Part shown: positions 1 through 9,500 of the stretch, in pieces
Position numbering within the stretch: position 1 is the first letter of the stretch
How the letters are laid out: each line of letters starts with the position of its first letter
Program-made: the position numbers and the translations under genes
NCBI GenBank assembly: GCA_963702205.1
Contig: OY969724.1
Location: forward strand, 3,808,001-3,872,000
DNA length: 64,000 bases
Direction of reading: 5' to 3'
DNA from: an uncultured candidate division Zixibacteria bacterium
GTDB taxonomy: Bacteria > Zixibacteria > MSB-5A5 > GN15 > PGXB01
Notes under the pieces: generated by a model
Told to the model about the DNA's origin: nothing
Database searches by the model: none
The model's input: only the letters and a program-made list of their open reading frames with translations

Positions 1-508
1 GAATCCGAAACAATACGCCGCCCAGCCCCTGTCCCACGAACAACGAAACCTGCATCGACGATTGATTCATGGAATTGGCCGCCTGTACCTTGTCGGTCGG
101 CACCAGATCGGGAATCGACGCCTGTATGGCCGGTCTGAAGAACGATCCGATGATACCGACAAAAACCGAAACCACGAACAGAATCGCCACGATGGCGCTC
201 TTCTCAGCCGGTATATATATCAGCATCGCCCCGGCGATCAGAACACCAATACCGCAAAGAACGTCCGACAGGACGATGATCTTCTTGCGCGAATACAAAT
301 CCGCGACCGTCCCCCCGACCGGGCCGAGAATAACCGAGGGCAGCATCGCCGCCATCATCAGGGTCCCCATCAGCGCCGCCGAGCCGGTGGCGTGTTTGAT
401 CCAGAACATCACGGCAATATAGTGCACCTGGTTGCCGAGCTGGCTGATCAGTTGCCCCTGCCAGAGGAGGAAGAAGTTCTTATTGAGAAGTTTAGTTGCC
501 GCCGTCAA
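1..508 (-). CDS. MFS transporter (DHA3/MefA-like), runs off the window start
   Basis: Manual translation from TTG at 508, overlapping the upstream TGA: MTAATKLLNKNFFLLWQGQLISQLGNQVHYIAVMFWI...GPVGGTVADLYSRKKII. Has an MFS motif A-like G-x3-D-x2-RK and hydrophobic helices. Not in the ORF track. Confidence 0.8.
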   Translation of the reverse strand, partial: MTAATKLLNKNFFLLWQGQLISQLGNQVHYIAVMFWIKHATGSAALMGTLMMAAMLPSVILGPVGGTVADLYSRKKIIVLSDVLCGIGVLIAGAMLIYIPAEKSAIVAILFVVSVFVGIIGSFFRPAIQASIPDLVPTDKVQAANSMNQSSMQVSLFVGQGLGGVLFRI

Positions 509-2475
509 ATTCTGCCCTTAACCCATTTTTCCAGTCCCCCGGCCAGGATCAATTCCTGCGCCGCCGATCCGACCGGCCCGATTTCATAACTTTTGCCGTC
601 GAATTCCAGAGTGGATTGTTTTATGTCTATAGTACAATTTGTTTCTGTACGTACCGTCAACTTTTTATCACCAAATTTCGCCTTCAAGTCGCGGATAAAA
701 TCCGGGGCCTCTATTGTCAGGTAACCGTTGTTGAGGGCATTGCGCTTGTACGTTTGCGAAAACGACCCGGCGATAATCAGACGAATCCCCCGGTACTTCA
801 GCGATGTCGCCGCCTGTTCGCGCGACGAGCCCGTTCCGAAATTGAATCCCCCGGCCAGGATATCCCCGGCCTTGACCAGATCGCCGAATTCGGGGTCATA
901 GTTTTCCATCACGACTTCGGCCTGCTGTTCGGGAGTGAAATCGTCGATATACGTGTACTTACCGGGATAAATGCCGTCGGTATTTAAATTGTCCTGACAA
1001 CAGAAAATAACTTCACCCTCGATTTTTTCGGGAAAACCTTCGAGCACTTTGACCGGCCCGGAAGCTTTGGCTTTCTTGACCGCCGCTTTGATTTCGAAAT
1101 TGGGCGGCTTGTCATCGAAGTCACCGGGGAAATCTATCCTCCCGGCCAGCGCCGATGATGCCACCACCGCCGGAGACGCCAGATAAGCCTCGGCCGAGCG
1201 CGAGCCCATACGGCCCTTAAAGTTCCTGTTCGTGGCCGAAATGCCGACCTCGTTGTCTTCGAGCGTACCCGCGCCGAGTCCGATGCACGGCCCGCAGCCG
1301 GGCGGAAGCTCGATCGCTCCGGCGTCGAGCAGGGCCTTCCAGTCACCGCGTCGCTCGCTTTCAGCCTGCACCTCCGACGACGCCGCCGATAAATAAAACT
1401 TAACATGGTCGGCGACCTTCTTGCCCCGTGCGACCGCCGCCGCCTCGGCCAGGTCCTCGACCCGGCTGTTGACGCACGACAACAAATAAGCCTTATGTAC
1501 CTTCACGTCTTTTTTGCGCATGGCCGCAATCGAAGTCATGGTTTTAACGTTGTTCGGGCCGGACACGTACGGCTGCACCGTCGACAAATCCAGCGACATC
1601 TCGGCGGCATACGAGGCATCCGGGTCGGCCGTCGGAATATTCTTTTCCAGCTCTTCGATTCGTTTTATATTCATGCGCGGATGGCCGTCGGTACTATCGG
1701 CATCCGACGGCACCCCCGCCGGGCCACGCTTTTCGATAAACGCCGCACGGCGTTTAAGCCATCCGATAGTCAGCTCATCGACCGGAAAAACCCCGGCCAG
1801 CGCGCCCCACTCGGTCGTCATATTAGATATAGTCAGCCTCTGGTCGACCGACAGCGCCTTCACACCATCGCCGACAAACTCGACTGCGTAGTTGAGCACT
1901 TCATCTTTGTTGAACAGTCCGCACAGGGTTATAATAACGTCCTTGCCGGTCACGCCAGTCTTGAGGGTTCCGGTGAGTTCCACTTTCGCGACCGGGAAAA
2001 CCTGCCACCAGGTCCGACCCGTGGCCCAGATCGCCGCCGCGTCGGTTCGTACAATCGGCGTCCCCAAACAACCCAGACCGCCGTACATATTGGAATGACT
2101 GTCCGACGCCACCATCATCTCACCCGGCCAGGCATAACCTTCCTCGCACATCACCTGATGCCCGATGCCTCTTCCCGCCGGATAAAAATCAACCCCCATC
2201 GATTTGGCGAACGCTTCGATATTGGCGTACTTCTTGAGGTTTTCTTCGCTCTTGTTCTGTATATCATGGTCGAGCGCGAAGACCGGCTGACGCGGGTCCG
2301 CCATTTTGGTCGCCCCGATAGCCTTGAATTTACCCATCACCGCGCCGGTGTTGTCGTGCGTCATGACATGCGCCGGTTTAATCGAAAGATAATCGCCGGA
2401 GCGTACGACGTGCCCGTCATCGAGCCCCACCGCAAACTTCTGTGCTATTTTTTCAACGAGGTTCTGCCCTGCCAT
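505..2475 (-). CDS. lysF: Homoaconitase (homoaconitate hydratase), fused large+small subunit, fungal Lys4-like
   Basis: Aconitase motifs HDNT, DSHSNMYGGLG, SCVNSR, CGPCIGLG, GRTWWQ, plus swivel domain NTDGIYPGKY and GSSREQAA. Start chosen at MAGQNL (2475) with an AAGGA RBS; the upstream ORF extension lies in a repeat. Confidence 0.85.
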   Translation of the reverse strand: MAGQNLVEKIAQKFAVGLDDGHVVRSGDYLSIKPAHVMTHDNTGAVMGKFKAIGATKMADPRQPVFALDHDIQNKSEENLKKYANIEAFAKSMGVDFYPAGRGIGHQVMCEEGYAWPGEMMVASDSHSNMYGGLGCLGTPIVRTDAAAIWATGRTWWQVFPVAKVELTGTLKTGVTGKDVIITLCGLFNKDEVLNYAVEFVGDGVKALSVDQRLTISNMTTEWGALAGVFPVDELTIGWLKRRAAFIEKRGPAGVPSDADSTDGHPRMNIKRIEELEKNIPTADPDASYAAEMSLDLSTVQPYVSGPNNVKTMTSIAAMRKKDVKVHKAYLLSCVNSRVEDLAEAAAVARGKKVADHVKFYLSAASSEVQAESERRGDWKALLDAGAIELPPGCGPCIGLGAGTLEDNEVGISATNRNFKGRMGSRSAEAYLASPAVVASSALAGRIDFPGDFDDKPPNFEIKAAVKKAKASGPVKVLEGFPEKIEGEVIFCCQDNLNTDGIYPGKYTYIDDFTPEQQAEVVMENYDPEFGDLVKAGDILAGGFNFGTGSSREQAATSLKYRGIRLIIAGSFSQTYKRNALNNGYLTIEAPDFIRDLKAKFGDKKLTVRTETNCTIDIKQSTLEFDGKSYEIGPVGSAAQELILAGGLEKWVKGRI

Positions 2476-2525
2476 ATATCTATCCTTTCGCTTGATTTCA
2501 ATCCAAGTTCCGTCTTCTAATTTCG

Positions 2526-2625
2526 GGGTGCCCCGCCGCTTGCGGTGGGGTCTTAATCTTCGTAGGTCGGGTTTTGTGGGCGGCAGATGTCCACATCTGC
2601 CCCTCTTCTCCATGTTCTGTCAAGT
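2526..2625. repeat. REP-like palindrome cluster, left border of AT-rich cassette
   Basis: Hairpins CCCCGCCGC-TT-GCGGTGGGG and GGCAGATGT-CC-ACATCTGCC. AATCTTCGTAGGTCGGGTT (2555-2573) recurs exactly at 3481-3499. Confidence 0.75.
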
Positions 2626-2627
2626 TA

Positions 2628-3440
2628 CTATCTTTTTCTCCAATTTGGATCAATTTGCGTCATGAACTCGTTCAAGTGATTTATTGGTATTATTGCACCA
2701 AGCCCACTATTTGCAAGCACTTTTCCATCAACATTTATGCTATCACTTACGACTTCATATTTATGCTCATCATATTCATAAATATTAACATACCCTTTCA
2801 TAATGCCCAGTAAATTATTAAAGCAGTCAAAGATGGGGCTACCACTGCTCCCTCTTATGCTCATAGCATCTATTAAATAAAGGCCATTATAATATTCGGC
2901 ATCCAGAGCAATACAACCTTGTCTATAAACCGGAGCAATCCTATTACTGAAAGAAATGCCGTTCGGAAACCCCAAGTAGTATATTTCAGTACCTCTTATT
3001 ATCTTACCAATATCTTGAAATTTTGATTTTGGTGCTGCGCCAATATCCCATGAATCTTCTTTCTTACATACCAATACAGCCGCCAAGTCAACAGCGGTAT
3101 CTAATGGTGATATCAAATTATCCTTTATATTAAAATATTTATCTAAAGAAACAGTATCAGATACGTCCTTAAAACCAGGCTTTAATTTTACTCTAATAAA
3201 TAATTCAGCATTTGATTTTAAGACGTGCTTATTCGATATAAGTACCGCGTAGCAATGCGGATCATATGAGTAAATGAAAAAGCCAGTGCCTATAGTTGCG
3301 TATGTTGAATCATTTTGATTTAATTGCATTATTGGGACAATTGATTTATCCCATAAATCTGTGTCTAATGGGCCGCATGCCAGACTATATGAAATTGAAA
3401 TGCCAAAATATATTATGATGATTTTCCCTAAGAGCCTCAT
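2628..3440 (-). CDS. Trypsin-like (S1) serine protease, AT-rich
   Basis: Catalytic motifs SNKHVL (His), VDLA (Asp), GSSGSP (Ser); hydrophobic N-terminus. Alternative start at 3464. Confidence 0.75.
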   Translation of the reverse strand: MRLLGKIIIIYFGISISYSLACGPLDTDLWDKSIVPIMQLNQNDSTYATIGTGFFIYSYDPHCYAVLISNKHVLKSNAELFIRVKLKPGFKDVSDTVSLDKYFNIKDNLISPLDTAVDLAAVLVCKKEDSWDIGAAPKSKFQDIGKIIRGTEIYYLGFPNGISFSNRIAPVYRQGCIALDAEYYNGLYLIDAMSIRGSSGSPIFDCFNNLLGIMKGYVNIYEYDEHKYEVVSDSINVDGKVLANSGLGAIIPINHLNEFMTQIDPNWRKR

Positions 3441-3480
3441 TGTATGCCTCTTTAGATAATACAATTATTATTAATTTTTC

Positions 3481-3590
3481 AATCTTCGTAGGTCGGGTTC
3501 CGATTCTTCGAGAAACCCGACATCCTGGATTCCCGCCTTCTACGTTCTGTCAGGTCCTGCTTCCGATGAAGTCGGGAGTGTGACCTGACA
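3481..3590. repeat. REP-like palindrome cluster, right border of AT-rich cassette
   Basis: GTAG followed by the GTCGGGTT...AACCCGAC hairpin, then CTGGATTCCCGC, then a TGTCAGGTC...GACCTGACA inverted repeat. Confidence 0.75.
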
Positions 3591-3661
3591 GTCTTCAACA
3601 ATGTCCGTGAATTATATCAAAAAACCGGGTGAAAAGTAAAGCAGAGATTAATTTTATACGG

Positions 3662-4501
3662 CTATCGGTTGCGATTCCCAAAAACCAGCGAAACCACAAT
3701 ATACACCACCCCGGCCAGAAGAATTATGGTCGCTCCGGCGGGAAGGCCGGGCCCATAACTTATCGCCAGCCCGACAACGGTAAAAAGAACCCCCAATATC
3801 GCGGCATAAATCATAGTCCGCTTAAGCGTCCGGGCGAAAAGCGACGCCACCGCCGGCGGAAGCGTCAACAAAGCGATAACCATAATGATTCCCACCACCG
3901 AAACCAGTATCACGACCGTAAGCGCCGTCAAAATCAGCAGCAGCAGATAATAAAACTCGACGTTTATCCCCCGCACCCGCGCGAATTCCTCGTCGAAACA
4001 AACCGCCTGCAACTGATTATAGAACAGGACAACCGTCCCGATGACCGCCGCATCGAGCACGGCTATCATAAGTACATCCGGCGCTCCGACCAGCAGAATA
4101 TTGCCGAACAGGTAACTCATAAGATTGGCGCTGTAACCCGGCGTGCGCGAAATGAACAATATCCCGAGCGCCATACCTACCGCCCAGATCGCCCCGATCA
4201 CCGTGTCCTCGCGCTGACGAGCCTTCAGTGATACCCAGCCGATGATCGCGGCCGCCACCACCGCCGCGACCGCGCCGCCGTATATCGGATGCAGCCAGCT
4301 TTGATTGTGGACTATCTGAATATAATAGGCCGCGCCCAGCCCGCCCAGAAGGCTGTGGGCGATGCCGCCGCCGATGTATGAGATACGCCGCGTGACGACA
4401 AACGTCCCGACCACGCCCCCGGCAATCGACGCCAGTACCCCGGCTGCCAGGGTGTACTGCAAAAACGGGTAGCGCGCGACGGCGGCGAAAAACTCGGTCA
4501 T
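3662..4501 (-). CDS. znuB: Zn/Mn ABC transporter permease
   Basis: ABC-3 motifs GIAHSLLGG, EDTVIG, YLFGNIL, FDEEFARVRG; multiple TM helices; start overlaps the stop of the ATPase gene. Confidence 0.85.
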   Translation of the reverse strand: MTEFFAAVARYPFLQYTLAAGVLASIAGGVVGTFVVTRRISYIGGGIAHSLLGGLGAAYYIQIVHNQSWLHPIYGGAVAAVVAAAIIGWVSLKARQREDTVIGAIWAVGMALGILFISRTPGYSANLMSYLFGNILLVGAPDVLMIAVLDAAVIGTVVLFYNQLQAVCFDEEFARVRGINVEFYYLLLLILTALTVVILVSVVGIIMVIALLTLPPAVASLFARTLKRTMIYAAILGVLFTVVGLAISYGPGLPAGATIILLAGVVYIVVSLVFGNRNR

Positions 4502-5253
4502 TTGTTTTCTCCATCGTCGACGTGCTGATCGTGGCGAACCATCCGAAGGTCGCCGGAATAAAGCTCGCTTAAAAATGTCGCGTCGATCTTGGTCGTCGGG
4601 TGCATGTGGGCCCGGCGGTTGACACAAAGCACCTCTTTGACGTTCTCCGAAACAAAGGCCGGATCGTGCGACACCATAATAACCGTCATCTCTCCCGCCA
4701 GACCGGTCAAAAATTCCAGCAGTTCGCGCGCGACAACGAGATCCAAATTGGCGGTCGGTTCATCGAGAATCAAAAGCTGCGGTCGGCAAGCCAGAGCCCG
4801 CGCCACCAGAAGCCTCCGCAACTGCCCGCCCGACAGCGCCGAAAACGGACGATCTTTCAGATCGACCAGACCGACTTTTCCCAGGGCATAGAGCGCGGCC
4901 TCCAGATCGACGGTTTTGTACCCGCCAAACTTAGTGCCGTTGCCAAGACGCCCCATCAAAGCGACGTCCAGAACCGTGATTGGAAAGCGAAGGTCTAATT
5001 GCGCCGATTGCGGCATATAGCCGATTTTGCGACGGGCGTGCCGAGGCGATCCGCCAAATACGGTCACTTTGCCGGTGTCCGGTTCCAGCAAACCAAGAAT
5101 CAATTTGATAAGCGTCGTCTTGCCGCCGCCGTTGGGCCCGACAATCCACGTAAACTGGTTTTCGACGATATCCAGCGCGACATTTTTCAGAGCCACCGTC
5201 TCACCATAAGAGAAGCTCACGTTTTCGAATTTGACTACAACTTGATCGCTCAC
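4498..5253 (-). CDS. znuC: Zn/Mn ABC transporter ATP-binding protein
   Basis: Walker A GPNGGGKTT, signature LSGGQ, Walker B LLILDEPT, VSHD, His-containing tail. Confidence 0.88.
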   Translation of the reverse strand: MSDQVVVKFENVSFSYGETVALKNVALDIVENQFTWIVGPNGGGKTTLIKLILGLLEPDTGKVTVFGGSPRHARRKIGYMPQSAQLDLRFPITVLDVALMGRLGNGTKFGGYKTVDLEAALYALGKVGLVDLKDRPFSALSGGQLRRLLVARALACRPQLLILDEPTANLDLVVARELLEFLTGLAGEMTVIMVSHDPAFVSENVKEVLCVNRRAHMHPTTKIDATFLSELYSGDLRMVRHDQHVDDGENK

Positions 5254-6104
5254 GGCTGACCTCCTAACGCAGTCGATATGGCATCGGCTATACTTTTAAG
5301 ATTTTCGATATACTGGTACGCCAGCGGATCAATCGCGACAACTTTGGCATCAAGCTCTGCCGCCAGCCTGTCGGCCATGTCGGTCGAAAATTGCTTCTCG
5401 ATAAAAATCGTTTTGACATGCTCTGAGATCATTTCTTTTATCAGATCGGCCAGTTCTCTTGCCGACGGTTCCTTGCCCTCGATTTCGATCGCCTTTTGAT
5501 GCAGCCCGTACGCCTCAGCGAAGTACCCAAAAGCCGGATGCATCACATAGAAATTTCTGCCCCGGTACGGTTTCAATTCCTCGACTATCAAAGAGTCTGT
5601 CGTCTCCAGGTCGTTTTTTAATTTTAGAAAGTTCGCGTCGAAGGCATCTTTATGGTCGGGATCGATCTTGATCAACGCGTCGCGAATCGTTTCGGACATT
5701 TGCACCGCTCGTGTCGGGTCAAGCCAGATATGCGGATCGGGCGCTCCGGACGGTTCAGGCGTTGCACTGCGCAAATGTGATGACTCCATCGGTATTTTGG
5801 CTATCCCCTGATCGGCATGGACAATCGTCACACCCGGCATACTGCTTCTAATCTTTGCAAACAAAGCGTCTTCAAATGGCACCCCGATACCGAACAGGAC
5901 GTCGGCGTCGGAGAGTTCCGCCATTTGTTGCGGCGTCGGCTCGAACGTTTCCGGCGACTGGCCGGGCTGCACCAATACGGATGCCTTTACATATTCCCCG
6001 CCGACTCTCTGCACCAGATACGCCTCGGGGAAAATACTCGCGAAAGCATCAATTGTACCTTTGTGGTCCGTGTTATTTTTATAATTTCCACATGATAGTG
6101 ACAA
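5250..6104 (-). CDS. znuA: Zn/Mn ABC substrate-binding lipoprotein; probable true start at 6171 is out of frame
   Basis: Motifs PETFEPTP, DPHIWLDP, HPAFGYFAEAYGL, EGKEPS; LSLSC lipobox-like sequence at the ORF start. Confidence 0.82.
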   Translation of the reverse strand: MSLSCGNYKNNTDHKGTIDAFASIFPEAYLVQRVGGEYVKASVLVQPGQSPETFEPTPQQMAELSDADVLFGIGVPFEDALFAKIRSSMPGVTIVHADQGIAKIPMESSHLRSATPEPSGAPDPHIWLDPTRAVQMSETIRDALIKIDPDHKDAFDANFLKLKNDLETTDSLIVEELKPYRGRNFYVMHPAFGYFAEAYGLHQKAIEIEGKEPSARELADLIKEMISEHVKTIFIEKQFSTDMADRLAAELDAKVVAIDPLAYQYIENLKSIADAISTALGGQP

Positions 6105-6176
6105 TCAATGGTACGATTGCCAGCGAGAAGAAAGGGTATAACGCTTTTTTTTTAAATTCCGGCCTTTTCATATCAT

Positions 6177-6449
6177 TCACTTCTTCTTTTTGCTCCGCGT
6201 GTTGCAGACTAAGTATATTTCATGGCAGTCCCGGCATTCGCTGACCGAATGATTTTCCGAAAACTCATCCCAGTGCCTTTTCTGCGACGGGCTCAGGATC
6301 CCCGTCCCGCTGCAAAGAGGACAGGTGTTTTCGAGCGCGGTCAAAAGCGCGTTGCGGATAAACTCCGAGCGGTTCGGCACACCCTTCAAAGCCGCTATAA
6401 GCGATTGATCCACTTTAAATGTAATGATTTCCGTTTTGCCTTTGTTCAT
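6177..6449 (-). CDS. Ribbon-helix-helix (CopG/Arc-like) regulator with Cys/His-rich C-terminus
   Basis: IITFKVD beta-strand and NRSEFIRNAL helix, followed by CPLC...H...CRDCH...C; first gene of the metal ABC operon. Confidence 0.72.
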   Translation of the reverse strand: MNKGKTEIITFKVDQSLIAALKGVPNRSEFIRNALLTALENTCPLCSGTGILSPSQKRHWDEFSENHSVSECRDCHEIYLVCNTRSKKKK

Positions 6450-6475
6450 ATATATCTCCGTTGAGATTTCATTAA

Positions 6476-6490
6476 TAATACAAAGTATTA
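6476..6490. promoter_or_regulatory. Candidate operator palindrome TAATAC-AAA-GTATTA
   Basis: Perfect 6-3-6 inverted repeat about 26 bp upstream of the RHH gene start. Confidence 0.5.
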
Positions 6491-6503
6491 CTTTTTAAAC
6501 AAC

Positions 6504-6530
6504 AAAAAAGGGCCCTCGGCCCTTTTTTTT
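6504..6530. terminator. Intrinsic terminator (bidirectional type)
   Basis: AAAAAAGGGCC-CTC-GGCCCTTTTTT just after the S8 gene stop. Confidence 0.8.
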
Positions 6531-6543
6531 GAAAATATTTCTA

Positions 6544-9500
6544 TTATTTCAGAAGCATCATCTTACGGGTTTCGATCATATCTCCCGCCTGCAAACGGTA
6601 AAAATATACTCCGGTTGCTACCGGATGGCCCGCGCCGTCCGTCCCGTTCCAGCTAACCTCATGCGGACCAGCCGCTTGCGTCTCGTCGAGCAGGGTCCTA
6701 ACCCGCCGCCCGAGAATGTCATAGACGGCAATCTCAACGTCTGATCGGCTCGGCAGAGTATAATTTATAACCGTGGTCGGATTGAACGGATTGGGATAAT
6801 TCTGCTTCAATACAAAATCCTGTGGCACCACCGGAACATCTTCATCAGACCCGGTCGGCACGCATGGTATCTCCGGCAGCGTTCCCGAAAACGACCGATC
6901 ATAACGCCAGGCCGGGGCGAATGCCTTGCACGGATTATACGGCACACCGGGGAAACTGACGAATTCCAGCGACATATCGGCCGAAGTAAGGATCATATCG
7001 GCCGTCCCGTCTTTATCGATATCACCCAGCATGGGGACAAAACGGTAGTACGATGTCTCTATCCCGGCGGCCGAGACAATCGGGAAATCCCTGATGACGT
7101 CGGCCTTATTGTTCCAGGCATAGACACGGTGCACCCGAAATGTCAGAAAAGCGTCGTTATTGGCGCAGGCCAGAATATCCGATGAACCGTCACCGTCGAT
7201 ATCGACAATGTCCGGCATATTCATCAAAGATATCTGCGGCGTCTTGGCGAAAAAGCCGTTGGGGCTTCCCGGAAGAAACGAACTGCCGTCGATGTTCCAG
7301 ACGAACATATAGCTGTAATCGAGATCAAAATACCCGCTGGCGTATTCCATATTGCCGTCGTTGTCTATGTCACCGAAGACCGGTACCGTCGGTGCGATAA
7401 AATCATTCATGCCCATATCGTGCGGCCAGCCATCCTTGAGACGTAGCCCGTCATCAAAGGCGTACAGGTAATGCCCAAGGTCGCGATACAGCCCCATAAC
7501 TATCAATTCCGTTTTACCATCGTTGTCGATATCGACCGCAGTTAAACCCCGGCAATCAAAAGCGCTGCCGTTGTCCGATATTATCAGGCTGTCCACCGTA
7601 CTACCGGTAACCGGATCGACCTGCCGCAAAAGCCCGTAATAGCGCGGCATGGTGTACAGCTCATCCATACCGTCCCCGTTAAGGTCCGCCGGTTGGTACT
7701 CCATGACGTGCTCGAAGCGGTGCCGCAGGGTACCGTCGGAATCGAACAGAAGTGCTGTGGGCGTCGTGTTATCGGGCATGACGACGTGGATTTCGTCCCG
7801 ATGGTCCCCGTCGATGTCTTTCAAAAATACCTTTGGAAACATATGCTCGGTATTGCCGGAAAAATAACCGACCGTCGGGTACATCCCCAGGTGATTGACA
7901 AACGGCGGGGCACTCGACGGATACCCGTATATAAACGGCGGATCGACCCCCATAAGTACGATGTCATCGCGCCCGTCATTGTCCAGATTGCCGACCGCCG
8001 CCGGAATGATAAAATTATTGTCCGGGAAATCGGGAATTCCTTCGGTTTTGGCCGTACCATCGAGATTGAACACCTTAATACCGAGTTCCGTGCCGACAAT
8101 TATTTCATTGACTCCGTCGCCGTCGAGGTCGGCGTAGGTCGGCGTAATCGCCGGACGTCCCGGCAGGGACACTTTCCACGCCCGATCGGTCGCGAATATC
8201 GACCGATGCCGCACCAGCACCGTATCGGCTCGTACCAGTCCGGCATGAGAAAATACCGACAGCTTCAGTTGATATACGTTTTCCGTGTTATCGTACAACA
8301 ACCAATAAGCCATATTATCGTCAAAGACCGGCTGGGTCAACAGGGCGACCTCTTCCCAAACGGCACCGGACGTATCAACCAGCGATTCCAGCGAGGCGTA
8401 CGAATAATCCTGGCAATAGGCTGCACCGATAACACCGGTCAGAGTGCCGACGACACCATTGCTTTCCGGTGAATCTATTCTCGCCGCGATATCATTGACC
8501 ACGAAAACCGTAACGTCCGAAGTATTAAAACTACCGACCCGCATCCTGATCGTATACACCCCGTTAAGACCTTCCGTATGCCAGATGGCATTCGGTTCGA
8601 TCTTGCCCGGAATCTCACCGTCGGCGATCGGATACCAAACCGTCGGATTGGCACCTTCCCCGTACTCTATATTCCAGAACGACTGCCCGTGCGTCTCGGC
8701 CAGTCCGACCACGTCAATCGTGCCCGATACCACCTCATTTCGATACGGATAGGTAATTTCTGCCGTCGCACGCGGGGTCTGGTCCAATGCCTGCTTGAGA
8801 TCGATCCGACCGTACCCGCTGTACTTATCCCAACCGGGCAGGTTCCAGCCGATACCGTACGGGTCAACTATATCTTTGGCGGTACCCTTGATAATCTCCT
8901 CGATTTTATCCACGTTCAATCCCGGAGAAACGGATCGTATATATGCCGCCTCGCCGACCACGTGGGGACAGGCCATGCTCGTCCCCGAAGCCAGATAATA
9001 AATGCTGTCGACAATGTGCGTCCCGGCTTCGTTCGACTCGGCGTACATATCGGTATGGCTCGCCCGAAGGGACAACACGCTGTACCCCGGCGCGGCCACG
9101 TCGATTATATCCGCGAACGTGGAAAAGGTCGTGACCAAATCGGAATCGTTGGTGGCGGCGACCGCAATCGTCAGCGGTGATTCGGCCGGGTAATTGTACT
9201 GCTCGCGTCCGTCATTGCCCGATGCGGCGCATAGAACGACTCCCTTGGCGCGGGCGTACACGAACGCTTCGCCGATCAGGTCGCTGGGATAGGCCAGCCC
9301 AAAACTCATATTGATTACATCCGCGCCGTTATCGGCGGCATAGATAATGCCCTCGGCAATTATTGATGCCAGCGGCAACGGGTCGATCTTCAACGCCATA
9401 ATTTTGCAGTCCACGGCGACCCCGGCCACGCCCTCCATATTGTTCGTGACGGCCGCCACGATTCCCGCGCAGTGCGTCCCGTGACCATGCTCGTCGGTCG

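Noticed and set aside
2476..2613. 46-aa N-terminal extension of the homoaconitase
   Set aside because: Derived from palindromic repeat DNA; the RBS sits before ATG 2475.
6145..6153. Phase-variable A9 tract controlling znuA
   Set aside because: One-base changes in the tract do not yield an open frame into znuA.
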